IMG/VR virus record: IMGVR_UViG_3300025837_000005
Span: 1 to 44,295 of that record
From: a virus
Taxonomy: Duplodnaviria; Caudoviricetes
Reading direction: 5' to 3' (one strand)
DNA length: 44,295 nucleotides
Part shown: positions 10,301 through 19,182 of the stretch, piece after piece
How positions within the stretch are numbered: the first letter of the stretch is position 1
Layout: each line of letters starts with the position of its first letter
The notes under the pieces: model-generated
What the model saw: the letters and a program-made list of their open reading frames with translations, nothing else
What the model was told of the DNA's origin: nothing
Databases searched by the model: none
Translations under genes and position numbers: made by a program

Positions 10301-13300
10301 GAACCCATTCGTGTCGACACAAAACAAGTGGTCCGGCCATCTTGATGGTTCTGACATACAGGGCCATGGCCTAGACGCCATTTTAAATAAAAATTCTGTA
10401 AAGTATGCATGGCTTCGGGATAATGGTATTGCTCCCAAAATAACCAAGAACACGGAATCGCCGTATAAATCATTGAGCCAGGCTTTCAGGTCTCATAAAA
10501 CAGAAAACGCCTTCCGTACTTTCGTAAGGGAAAAGTTTAAAACACTCGTTACCGGGCGCAAGATTTTAAAAGGAGTTACCTCTTTAGGCAACCGGAGGTA
10601 CATACCGTATACTCTTGATAATATTATAAAACAAATGCGGTCGGGCGCATTGCGTAGTGGAGAAGCTTCTTTTTACGGCGTCGGCAGCATCCGAGCGTCA
10701 CATGCAAAAGAATACAAAAGCCTCGGGAGCATCAAAAAAGACAAGGACCGGCTAGTTAACTCTGAACAAATGAACAAAATTAAAAATGACCTACAAAACC
10801 AACTGTCAGATCTTCTTGAATCGTTGAAACCGTTTTATAAATTTGAATCAACGTCGTTTGGTTATTATGATGACGCAGGTCGCGCATTAGCTGAAGGGCG
10901 CCATGGTATAAACGAAACCTTTAAAGAGTTGCCGAAAGAGGCGCTTGATAAGATTGACGCTTTTTTAAAATCTTTAAAAGAGGCGCCGACTGAATATTTT
11001 GAAGCGAAGGCTCAAAGGATTGTCGGTTTTAACGAATTTCACACGGCAGTTGTGCCAAAAAACACATCGCCGGACGTTGTTGCCGCACTAAAAAAACACG
11101 GTCTAGCCATCAACTATTACAAGAACGGCGACAATGCCGACAGGCAGCGAGCTATACGGAAAGCCGATAAGGTGTTGTTCCAGAAGACCACTTCTCTAGG
11201 CAGCGGCTTTCCCATTGCCGAAGTTAAGGCCATTGTTTTGCCACTTTTGAACAAGCTGACCGCTGGACCAAAGGCTCACTTCGTTCAGTCAGAAGCGGAG
11301 CTTCCCCCCAGGATTATAGACATCATCCAGCGAAAAAACGCATCCGGGCAGATTGTCGCCGTTAATGATCGTGGTGACATCTATTTCGTGGCAGACAATA
11401 TCCGTTCGACCGAAGATGCAGAGTCTGCATTCCTCCACGAGGTGTTCGGGCACTACGGTGTTGAGGCGATTCTCGGCAAGGAAAAAGCCAAGCGGTTTTT
11501 CACCAGCGTCTGGATGAGCAAGCTCAATGACCCGGAGTTCATGAAAATCGCCACTACCTACGATTCAGACCTGTCCACGGTTGCTGGCAAGGTGGAAGCG
11601 GCCCGCGAATATGTGGCAAAGCTGGCAGAATCCGGAGTAGACAACTCACTAATTACGAAATTGATCGGCATGATCCGGGGCGCCCTGCGGAAGTTGGGCG
11701 TGAAAATGAAGATCAGCAACAACGATATCCGCCAACTAATTGCCCTGGGCGCCCGGCAGATGAAGGGGGTGCGGTCTAAACTGCTCGTTGCCGAAAAAAC
11801 TGTTAATTTTCAGATTGCTGAAATGGTGAAGCATGTGCTCGGCATTAAGTTAGACCCGGCACAACCATCCGACGATGTTTTTTTTATGCGGACCCCCGCT
11901 CCTACTCCCGCCCCGATGATTGACAATTTCAAGGCGCTGAAGAAAGCGTTCGGCGAAACGACAGCCAGGGTGATTCGGGGTAAGATGCCGATTGCTTATG
12001 ATCACAGTGAAGAATTGATTGCTTTTCTTCAAAAGAAAGTGCCCGTCAAGTCGCATCTCCCCTACATCATCACAAATATGGGGATGGAGTTAGAGGTAGA
12101 GTTTTTATCCGAGAAGATGATCATTGTAGCGCCTGTCAAAGAAAAACTTACGCTGTCCGCTAAGGAGTTAGCCGAAAAAGCAGGATATAGGCTGACGGAG
12201 ACGAAAACTCGAAAAGATGTTCTTTCGTTTCGGTCAGATTACTCAAGAAACAGTGTAATATGTACGTACAATGACATAGAAGGCCGGTTGCGTGACCGTT
12301 TTATATTCTGGTTGCGCCGGTATAATGCTGATGTAACGCCGAGGGCCGAAGAGTTAACACAAGATAATCTTACCCCGGAATGGAAAAAATATCTGGAAAA
12401 AAGGGGTTGGTTAAAAGATGACGGGACGTATGCCCTGTCTGGGCTAAAGAGAGAACGGGAAGATCCTTATGGTACGTCGTCAATGTGTGTGCAAATCTGG
12501 CGTAAAAACGATAAATCAAAGGGGTCATTATGGATTCTCAACAGATATAATCATACCCTTCAGGACGGGAAAAATCCCGATGTTACATATAATAGAAAGC
12601 TAAACAAAATTATAGATGGTCTTGAGGACGCCATTTATGATTATGTAAAGATAAAAAAACCCGCAACGACCACGGACACGCCCGTCCTCTCCCCCGGCAT
12701 AGTCGAAGACGCGCAAGGGAGCCTATATCACTATGCCCGTGAGCGGAATGGCGTATATTGGGGCGACGGTTTTATTATGAGTGGTGGAGCGGCTACGATT
12801 GTCAACCCGGGCATTGAACGAGTGGTGGAGGGGTTTGTTCTGCGGGCTGACGGGATTGTAAATGGGGTTGGCTTATTCGCCAACTACGAGAACAGCATTT
12901 TTAGCCTTATCGGCAAGACCCGCTTTGGCAAAAAAGGGTTGATTGAGTGCACTACAAAAGACAACAAAAAGTTTTCTTTTTTTGTGCAAAATGGGCAGAT
13001 AATAAGATTCGATACCGGCGATCTTACTGAAATCAGCGGCTACTCCCTGTGCGACAACGCCGCCCTGACTTCAATTGCCCTGCCGAACGTGACTACCATT
13101 GGCGCCTTCTCCCTGAGTTACAACTCCGCCCTGACTTCAATTGCCTTACCGAACGTTGAAACCATTGGTAATAGCTCCCTGCGTGACAACGCCGCCCTGG
13201 CTTCAATTGAACTGCCGAACGTTAAAATCATTGACAACTACTCCCTGAGCGGCAATGCCGCCCTGACTTCAATTGAACTGCCGAACGTGACCGCCATTGG

Positions 13301-16300
13301 CAACTACTCCCTGCGTGACAACGCCGCCCTGGCTTCAATTGCCTTACCGAACGTTGAAACCATTGGTAACAACTCCCTGAGCAACAACCCCGCCCTGGCT
13401 TCAATTGAACTGCCGAACGTTAAAATCATTGACAACTACTCCCTGAGCGGCAACGCCGCCTTGGCTTCAATTGCCTTACCGAACGTGACCACCATTGGCA
13501 ACTACTCCCTGAGCAACAACGACTCTCTGACTTCAATTGCCTTACCGAATGTGACCACCATTGGCAACTACTCCCTGCGCGGCAATGCCGCCCTGACTTC
13601 AATTGCCTTACCGAACGTGATCACTATTGGCAACCACTCCCTGCGCAGCAATGCCGCCCTGACTTCAATTGCCTTACCGAACGTGATCACTATTGGCAAC
13701 CACTCCCTGTGCAACAATGCCGCCCTGGCTTTAATTGAACTGCCGAACGTGACCACCATTGGCGACCTCTCCCTGATCGACAATGCCGCCCTGGCTTCAA
13801 TTGCCTTACCGAACGTTGAAACCATTGGTAACGATTCCCTGAACAACAACCCCGCCCTGGCTTCAATTGAACTGCCGAACGTGACCACCATTGGCAACTA
13901 CTCCCTGAGCGACAACGCTGCCTTGGCTTCAATTGAACTGCCGAACGTTAAAATCATTAGCAGCTACTCCCTGTGCAACAATGCCGCCCTGGCTTCAATT
14001 GAACTGCCGAACGTTAAAATCATTAGCAGCTACTCCCTGTGCAACAATGCCGCCCTGACTTCAATTGCCTTACCGAACGTGATCACTATTGACAATTACT
14101 CCCTGCGCGACAACGCCGCCCTGGCTTCAATTGCCTTGCCGAATGTGACCACTATTAGCAACAGCTCCCTGAGCAGCAACCCCGCCCTGACTTCAATTAC
14201 CCTGCCGAACGTTGAAACCATTGGTAAAAACTCCCTGCGCAACAACGCCGCCCTGGCTTCAATTGCCTTGCCGAATGTGACCACCATTGGCAACTTCTCC
14301 CTGAGCGACAACGCTGCCCTGGCTTCAATTGAACTGCCGAACGTGACCACCATTAGCGACTACTCCCTGAGCAACAACGCTGCCCTGAAGAATATTATTT
14401 TACCTTTCGGGAAGAAAATTGTCCGCAACAACAAGACGTTTACGGGTGTGAGAGCCGAAGATCAGGATAAGCCGCTGTTTCAAACCGTAAAGGCAGGCGT
14501 CTCAAATTTTTCCGGCGTTACCACAAAACAGATACGGTCTTTTTTTAAAGGCCTTGATTCCGGCCGGTCGCCGGATGGTAAGGTCTGGGTTCGGATCGGC
14601 AAGCGAATCGTAATCGTGGAACAGGTGGAGGGGTTGATCAACAAGAGACAGTTTGTGGCCACCCTGTCCATCCGGGATCCCGGCAAAGCGTTCGGTGCAT
14701 ACAAGAACAAAACCATTTATTTATCTTCCCTGGGTGATAAATATACGCTGGCCCATGAGGGCATCCATCTTCTGGATGACATCGGTCTGATAAATAGGCT
14801 GGAGCAGACAGTTATTGAAAAGGCGGCCGGTGTTGAGCGTGGGGCCTCTGTCGGTGACCGAGCTGAAGCAAGGGCTGAATATCTTACCGCCTTATTGGAG
14901 GCCCGCGAGAAAACCCGCAATACGGTCCTGGGCCGAATCGTGCAAAAGGTGCGGGATTTTATTGACGGCCTGCGGGCGCTGTTTGGGGCGACGGTCGGGC
15001 AGGTGGCCAAGGGTATTGAGACCGGGCAGGCGTTCCAGAGAGAGGCCGGTAAGGGTGAGAGTGGGGCTGGCAAGATCATCCCCCTGCTCGAGCGGTTCAA
15101 CGACCAGAGCGATGATATCCGGTTCCAAACAGTAGGCCCTGCCGATGCCCTTGGCACAGCCGATACAATCGACAAAAAAGCCGCTGAGAAAACCAGAAAG
15201 GCCGTCGATGCAATTATAGCCGACATTAAAAAAACCACAAAGAAAAATACTATCACGGTCTCTGAGACAAAGGCCCGGAAGCTGGCCAGTGATTACGTTT
15301 TTCTTAAGACTATGATGAAAGACAACAGCGTTGACTTAGAGCAAAAAATAAAAGAATACAAGGCTTTCCTTATGAAGTTGCCCCCCGGCGTCAGAGCGAA
15401 AGCGCTGGCCGGTATGCCGAAAATAGTCACGGCAAAAACCAAAAAGACGCGGCAAAAATATTTTGACCAGGTTATCGTTCAAGCGCAAAAGTTTCTCTCC
15501 GAAGAGGTTAAAAAAGAACTCCGCCGAGACATCCATAAACTGCGTCGCAAACCGCGCACGGCCAAAGGCGGAAAGGTAAAAAAGAACGTCCTCTCCCAGC
15601 TTGAAAAACTAAACAAAACCGTTTTTGGTAAAACCCCGATAAATACAATGCCGGCGGCTGAGTTTCATATCAACGCCTTATCAAAACAGCGGGAGACGCT
15701 AGAGGAAAACGTTCCTGATTCGGACAACAAGATTGCTACAAACAAGTGGTTTTCAGATATCGAAGACATTGACCAGAAGATTGCTCTGATAAATACCTTC
15801 GGTGGCATAAAGGAAATGTCCGAAGCGCAGCTTGTCAATGCTTATGAAGAGTTACAGAGGATAATCGCTGAAGGCCGGACAAAATGGCAGGTAAGTGAGG
15901 CCATACGGAAACAAAAAATGGAGGAAATCCGGGGACGCCTTGACCGTGAGATTACTGGCGAAAAAGCCCCGAAGCCGGAAACCATTGGTCAAAGAAACCA
16001 GAGAATCCGTGACCAACAAAAAGCGTGGAACCGGATCGCCGACAAACTATCTCAATTCGATACCATACATCAAAGCTGGCGGTTCTTGATGGACAAACTG
16101 GCCAGAAAGTCCGGGAAGGGTACGCTGAAGTCCGACGCGGTTGAGATTATCGGTGGGGCAGCTCATTACGCAACAAACGAAGAAAACGCGCTCAACGGTG
16201 CGGCGATTGCTATGATAACGAAAAAAGTGAAGGATTTGATCGGCGGAACGGGGCACAAAGTCAAGAGATGGGTTGATAACCAATCAAATAAAGAGGATCT

Positions 16301-18053
16301 GTATATACTAACGTATGAAAATGGAAAGAACGAACAAATCAAATTGACCCCGATGACGGCGGCATATTGGTGGGCAGTAAAACAACGGGGCGACGCTCTC
16401 GCCGAAGATGGTATGGCAATGGTCAATACGACGTTCCAGAAAATGGGTGCAGACGCAGCTTTTTTCGGGCAGATTAAGAAAACGATTGATCCCGCGGTGA
16501 TTGAGTTATCCAGGTGGCTGTCAGAGACCCTGGGAGAGCACATCTACCAGACCGTTTCGCCTGTTTACAAACAGCGGTTTGGCGCCGTCCTTGATCACGG
16601 TCGAGCATATACCCCGATTCAGCGACAAATTTTTCGTAAAGAGAGGGATGTTAATTTGCTTCAGCAGTACCAGGAAACGCCGTCGATTATTAAAGGAGCA
16701 CTTCACACGCTGACGCACTCAACCAAGTCCATTCGGGAAACCAACCTGCTAAAAGTTTGGATGGATCATATATATGACATGAACCATTTCGCGGCTTGGT
16801 CGATTCCAATACAGATGATGCAGAGTGTTTTCGGCAACCCGATCACTAAGGGATATATTGAGCGGATTCACGGAACCAACATGAATTTCGCCATAGACGA
16901 GTTTATAAAGAAATTTACTGCCGGTCGCCGTAAGCTCAAGGATGTGTTTAATGTTTTAAATCTCGATTCCTGGCGGGGCCGGTTCAGCTCGGCCGTCATT
17001 GGCGCGAACCCTGTTATTTACATCAAACAGCTTACTTCCATCCCGGCAATGGCGGCGGATATCCCGACGAACGATTTTATCGCCGGGTTTGCCGACTTCC
17101 TGAATCCGACAACCGGCAGCCCTTTGGAAAAAATGCGGATTCTCGGAAAATCTCAGTTCGTTAAAATGAGATATGAAAAAGGCCATACCCGGGACGTGGC
17201 CATTGCCAGCAGGAAGACCCTTGGGCAGACAATCGGGCAGCAACACAACTGGCCAACGAAACTGATGTTTCTGGCACGCCTGGGCGACATGCAGGCCATT
17301 TATGCCGGAGGGTGGGCCGTCTATAAGTATCACCTTGAAGCCGGTCTTAAAAACGGCTTGGGTGAGCCTGAAGCGAAAAAACGGGCGATTATTAAATTTG
17401 AGGAGGTCGCAAGAGATACCCAACAGTCTGGAGAAATTATGGACCTGGGCCTTGTCCAACAGGGAGGCGACTTTTCAAAGCTGATGACCATGTTCTTCAC
17501 TGCCCCGGCCAGTTATTATCGGGAGATATCCGCCGCCATCAGAAATATGCCTGCCAACCCTGGTAATTCCGCAAAAAGATTGTTTCTCTTCTGGGTGATT
17601 GTCCCGGCAATGTTCGAGGCAATAGCCTCCCTTCCGCTGGTATTCGATGATGACGATGACGATTTTACTCTTTTCTGGAAACGAATGTTCCGATCTGTTG
17701 TTCTCGGGCCTACAAATGGGCTTTTTCTTGTCAGAGACATCGCAGAGACGCTGTATAACATTCTGTTTCTAAAGAACGATTCCGGATGGGGCGACGCTCA
17801 ATATTCTCCGGTCGGCAGCGTATCGGATACAACAAACAGGATTGCTAAGGATCTCCGGGAAATAGTCGAAGGCGACGACGATGATTTTGAGAAGCTGTTA
17901 AAAGACGCCGTCGATATCGCTGGTTATGTGTCGGGTTACCCGCTACCGGCCGCAAGCAACTTGATCGAAAACTGGGTGGATGTCGCTGCCGGGGACACGG
18001 AGCATCCTATGGCGCGGTCTATCGGTTATAGACAATGGGCTACCGGGGATTAG
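7314..18053 (+). CDS. Giant polyvalent (probably injected virion) protein with two zincin-like HExxH motifs and a BspA-type LRR array
   Basis: 3579 aa; HEVFGHYG and HEGIH motifs; about 21 x 22-aa LPNVTTIGNYSL repeats; last gene of the ejection-protein block. Confidence 0.8.
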   Translation: MALLKYIREKNGGLPNIDSFALAKAVYDANPKYQTMSFDNFASAAGIEEDIAATRSGLKDTAAAVIESVPVAGMGLLSSAVGAIKGVSKNAGVYAEDLTMAERLQSKSDKMTAEYLQKHGINTGDKFLGLTPAGVAQAMSNMGYTGLGMVSGGAGGAAGLAATGGNPVGGYVGAGVASAGVLTSAAKNQIMRAYRDALNEKREEAGEPILSDKEWFETAAAFNKEANKHALWESGLETAGELLEFGAITAPLKKIVGKEIAERMAKNWIGKTANVGVRSAAASGSELATEAVTLLKQAPIEKKAGLREDVPENFLEAVKEVYPVVMPMAIIAGGGAKLGHVAYKKASERIKEAKEKRANTAVEQAKKLAESLIGKEPSDTGLRDRDLAIIAEEILNDIETGLYDNPAVANDLAGEVERTPGLLDAIEKAKNVRVGVIPTPATPSPSLSETNLGPDFKNAPVNRSALDAEDSEKNRIRQVYALKQQIAAVKQQAPGETQTPFRARVIKKLEADLEALGPVNLSAEAAKRNQVVLSGMKPEIAGFNVPKTKEDVLAEQALAGAEETAWADEQKTIQKQRNDQQVISLRKRLADLKKQKQTKPVKKQIKETEDRLGSLKPADIIRQKARENQARIDAGLFPEEFPEPRTFENAPVNRLAGKAKTLADMSASLQTTETRGVATDKEGNRYSFGASSPRWFTKLNEKTKSVGQEFFSRKEIDVLARKYVSRAKLTAKQRQRMFLLDQAVTDFENETGKEKKGTVTPSPETPQTISSEPLAAPQSDVTNTLTPTDNKLLPVAEAKSVPAEVLKDYPDLAAKTKPAAWESSELVQSPNIQIDRTEAKKQADGSFRLFFRGTRNEVFAGQTFGSASEARQFFKVQQAKAQQDAASSRKEPDDSPKFSLTEDKSLYITHNITEDKLRHALDLGGLAMPSSAVSSIKNEAMVKFGDISLLAHPNFLQSGKVRVFDADIYSPRYPAAKYDINEKAITDFNKWIDGDWNPFVSTQNKWSGHLDGSDIQGHGLDAILNKNSVKYAWLRDNGIAPKITKNTESPYKSLSQAFRSHKTENAFRTFVREKFKTLVTGRKILKGVTSLGNRRYIPYTLDNIIKQMRSGALRSGEASFYGVGSIRASHAKEYKSLGSIKKDKDRLVNSEQMNKIKNDLQNQLSDLLESLKPFYKFESTSFGYYDDAGRALAEGRHGINETFKELPKEALDKIDAFLKSLKEAPTEYFEAKAQRIVGFNEFHTAVVPKNTSPDVVAALKKHGLAINYYKNGDNADRQRAIRKADKVLFQKTTSLGSGFPIAEVKAIVLPLLNKLTAGPKAHFVQSEAELPPRIIDIIQRKNASGQIVAVNDRGDIYFVADNIRSTEDAESAFLHEVFGHYGVEAILGKEKAKRFFTSVWMSKLNDPEFMKIATTYDSDLSTVAGKVEAAREYVAKLAESGVDNSLITKLIGMIRGALRKLGVKMKISNNDIRQLIALGARQMKGVRSKLLVAEKTVNFQIAEMVKHVLGIKLDPAQPSDDVFFMRTPAPTPAPMIDNFKALKKAFGETTARVIRGKMPIAYDHSEELIAFLQKKVPVKSHLPYIITNMGMELEVEFLSEKMIIVAPVKEKLTLSAKELAEKAGYRLTETKTRKDVLSFRSDYSRNSVICTYNDIEGRLRDRFIFWLRRYNADVTPRAEELTQDNLTPEWKKYLEKRGWLKDDGTYALSGLKREREDPYGTSSMCVQIWRKNDKSKGSLWILNRYNHTLQDGKNPDVTYNRKLNKIIDGLEDAIYDYVKIKKPATTTDTPVLSPGIVEDAQGSLYHYARERNGVYWGDGFIMSGGAATIVNPGIERVVEGFVLRADGIVNGVGLFANYENSIFSLIGKTRFGKKGLIECTTKDNKKFSFFVQNGQIIRFDTGDLTEISGYSLCDNAALTSIALPNVTTIGAFSLSYNSALTSIALPNVETIGNSSLRDNAALASIELPNVKIIDNYSLSGNAALTSIELPNVTAIGNYSLRDNAALASIALPNVETIGNNSLSNNPALASIELPNVKIIDNYSLSGNAALASIALPNVTTIGNYSLSNNDSLTSIALPNVTTIGNYSLRGNAALTSIALPNVITIGNHSLRSNAALTSIALPNVITIGNHSLCNNAALALIELPNVTTIGDLSLIDNAALASIALPNVETIGNDSLNNNPALASIELPNVTTIGNYSLSDNAALASIELPNVKIISSYSLCNNAALASIELPNVKIISSYSLCNNAALTSIALPNVITIDNYSLRDNAALASIALPNVTTISNSSLSSNPALTSITLPNVETIGKNSLRNNAALASIALPNVTTIGNFSLSDNAALASIELPNVTTISDYSLSNNAALKNIILPFGKKIVRNNKTFTGVRAEDQDKPLFQTVKAGVSNFSGVTTKQIRSFFKGLDSGRSPDGKVWVRIGKRIVIVEQVEGLINKRQFVATLSIRDPGKAFGAYKNKTIYLSSLGDKYTLAHEGIHLLDDIGLINRLEQTVIEKAAGVERGASVGDRAEARAEYLTALLEAREKTRNTVLGRIVQKVRDFIDGLRALFGATVGQVAKGIETGQAFQREAGKGESGAGKIIPLLERFNDQSDDIRFQTVGPADALGTADTIDKKAAEKTRKAVDAIIADIKKTTKKNTITVSETKARKLASDYVFLKTMMKDNSVDLEQKIKEYKAFLMKLPPGVRAKALAGMPKIVTAKTKKTRQKYFDQVIVQAQKFLSEEVKKELRRDIHKLRRKPRTAKGGKVKKNVLSQLEKLNKTVFGKTPINTMPAAEFHINALSKQRETLEENVPDSDNKIATNKWFSDIEDIDQKIALINTFGGIKEMSEAQLVNAYEELQRIIAEGRTKWQVSEAIRKQKMEEIRGRLDREITGEKAPKPETIGQRNQRIRDQQKAWNRIADKLSQFDTIHQSWRFLMDKLARKSGKGTLKSDAVEIIGGAAHYATNEENALNGAAIAMITKKVKDLIGGTGHKVKRWVDNQSNKEDLYILTYENGKNEQIKLTPMTAAYWWAVKQRGDALAEDGMAMVNTTFQKMGADAAFFGQIKKTIDPAVIELSRWLSETLGEHIYQTVSPVYKQRFGAVLDHGRAYTPIQRQIFRKERDVNLLQQYQETPSIIKGALHTLTHSTKSIRETNLLKVWMDHIYDMNHFAAWSIPIQMMQSVFGNPITKGYIERIHGTNMNFAIDEFIKKFTAGRRKLKDVFNVLNLDSWRGRFSSAVIGANPVIYIKQLTSIPAMAADIPTNDFIAGFADFLNPTTGSPLEKMRILGKSQFVKMRYEKGHTRDVAIASRKTLGQTIGQQHNWPTKLMFLARLGDMQAIYAGGWAVYKYHLEAGLKNGLGEPEAKKRAIIKFEEVARDTQQSGEIMDLGLVQQGGDFSKLMTMFFTAPASYYREISAAIRNMPANPGNSAKRLFLFWVIVPAMFEAIASLPLVFDDDDDDFTLFWKRMFRSVVLGPTNGLFLVRDIAETLYNILFLKNDSGWGDAQYSPVGSVSDTTNRIAKDLREIVEGDDDDFEKLLKDAVDIAGYVSGYPLPAASNLIENWVDVAAGDTEHPMARSIGYRQWATGD
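13020..14400 (+). repeat. About 21 tandem 66-nt repeats encoding BspA-like leucine-rich repeats
   Basis: Unit GCCCTG(A/G)CTTCAATTG..(C/T)T.CCGAACGT......ATTNNCNNCNNCTCCCTGNNCNNCAAC. Confidence 0.92.
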
Positions 18054-18136
18054 TGTCGCCTTTCAACGAGCTTGCCATAATTTCCTCTGCTAAAAGATAC
18101 AATTTTTTTGTGAATTCATTGAAACGCCGTCGATTA

Positions 18137-18313
18137 TCAAAGGAGCGCTTCACACGACAGATAGGGACCCTTATAGTCAAGCTCACAATCCGAACAAGAC
18201 TCTGAACAGGGCGCTAAATCCTCAATCAGACACGCGCACTCACCTGCCGTGTTATATAAGCCGTCATATCCGTTCTGGATAAGATATTCTTTGACAATTT
18301 CCAAAACATTCAT
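18137..18313 (-). CDS. Small Cys-rich phage protein (58 aa, MNVLEIVKEYLIQNGYDGLYNTAGECACLIEDLAPC...)
   Basis: Hand-translated ORF below the track cutoff; purine-rich RBS. Confidence 0.6.
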   Translation of the reverse strand: MNVLEIVKEYLIQNGYDGLYNTAGECACLIEDLAPCSESCSDCELDYKGPYLSCEALL

Positions 18314-18454
18314 GGCCTTTCCCTCTTCCCTTAATAGATTAACGCAGCAGCTATATTATAATGGTCTCGTAAAAAGTATTCTTAAATAATAGGTTGAATT
18401 AATTTGATAAATTGTTATTTTTCACTAGTAAAGTTTTACTTTATTTTGATCTTT

Positions 18455-18515
18455 ATTTACCACACGGAAAAAAATTTTCTCTGTGAACTCTGTGGCCTCT
18501 GTGGTGGTGAAAAAA
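18455..18515 (+). repeat. Bacterial-type short interspersed repeat (CTCTGTGAACTCTGTGGCCTCTGTGGT)
   Basis: Three CTCTGTG units at 9-nt spacing downstream of ssb. Confidence 0.5.
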
Positions 18516-18523
18516 ATTTAATG

Positions 18524-19045
18524 CTAAAATGGAATATCATCGTCAAAATTTTTAGGCGGCGGGGTCTGATTCTCGGAGGATGACCCGCTGGAATAACCGG
18601 AAGACGGCTGGCTGGACGGCTGGACGGAGGGCTGAGCCGCACTCTGCACCCCCTGGGCTGCACCGGATACTTTCCGGCTGGAATAGCCGAATTCATTTGA
18701 TGTGCCGGCTCCCTTTGAATCCAGCATCTGCATGTCGCTGGCCACAATTTCCGTGGTATACTTGGTCACGCCGTTCTGTTCCCAGGACCGGGTTTGAAGC
18801 TTGCCTTCAACGTACACCTGCTTGCCTTTGGCCAGGTATTCCCCGCAGATTTTCCCCAACTTGCCGAAAGCCACGATCCGATGCCATTCGGTGCGCTCTT
18901 TCTTCTCATTGGTGGCTTTGTCCATCCATCCCTCGTTGGTGGCGATCGTAAAACTGGCCACCGCCATGCCGCTCTGGGAGAACCGCATATCCGGGTCCTT
19001 TCCCAAACGTCCGATCAGCATTACCTTGTTGAGTCCGCGTGCCAT
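18524..19045 (-). CDS. ssb: Single-stranded DNA-binding protein
   Basis: [30 protein letters not shown] and DDDIPF C-terminus. Confidence 0.97.
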   Translation of the reverse strand: MARGLNKVMLIGRLGKDPDMRFSQSGMAVASFTIATNEGWMDKATNEKKERTEWHRIVAFGKLGKICGEYLAKGKQVYVEGKLQTRSWEQNGVTKYTTEIVASDMQMLDSKGAGTSNEFGYSSRKVSGAAQGVQSAAQPSVQPSSQPSSGYSSGSSSENQTPPPKNFDDDIPF

Positions 19046-19182
19046 TTAATCCCCTCGCTTTTTATGAGTCTGTTAATCTGCTTTTCCAATGTAACCGCCA
19101 AAATAAAGAATTACTAAGGTCATGATTATTCAAGTGGTCCCGGAAAGTTCGTCTCTGAATTTTACTGTGTGTCTTTCTTGCC

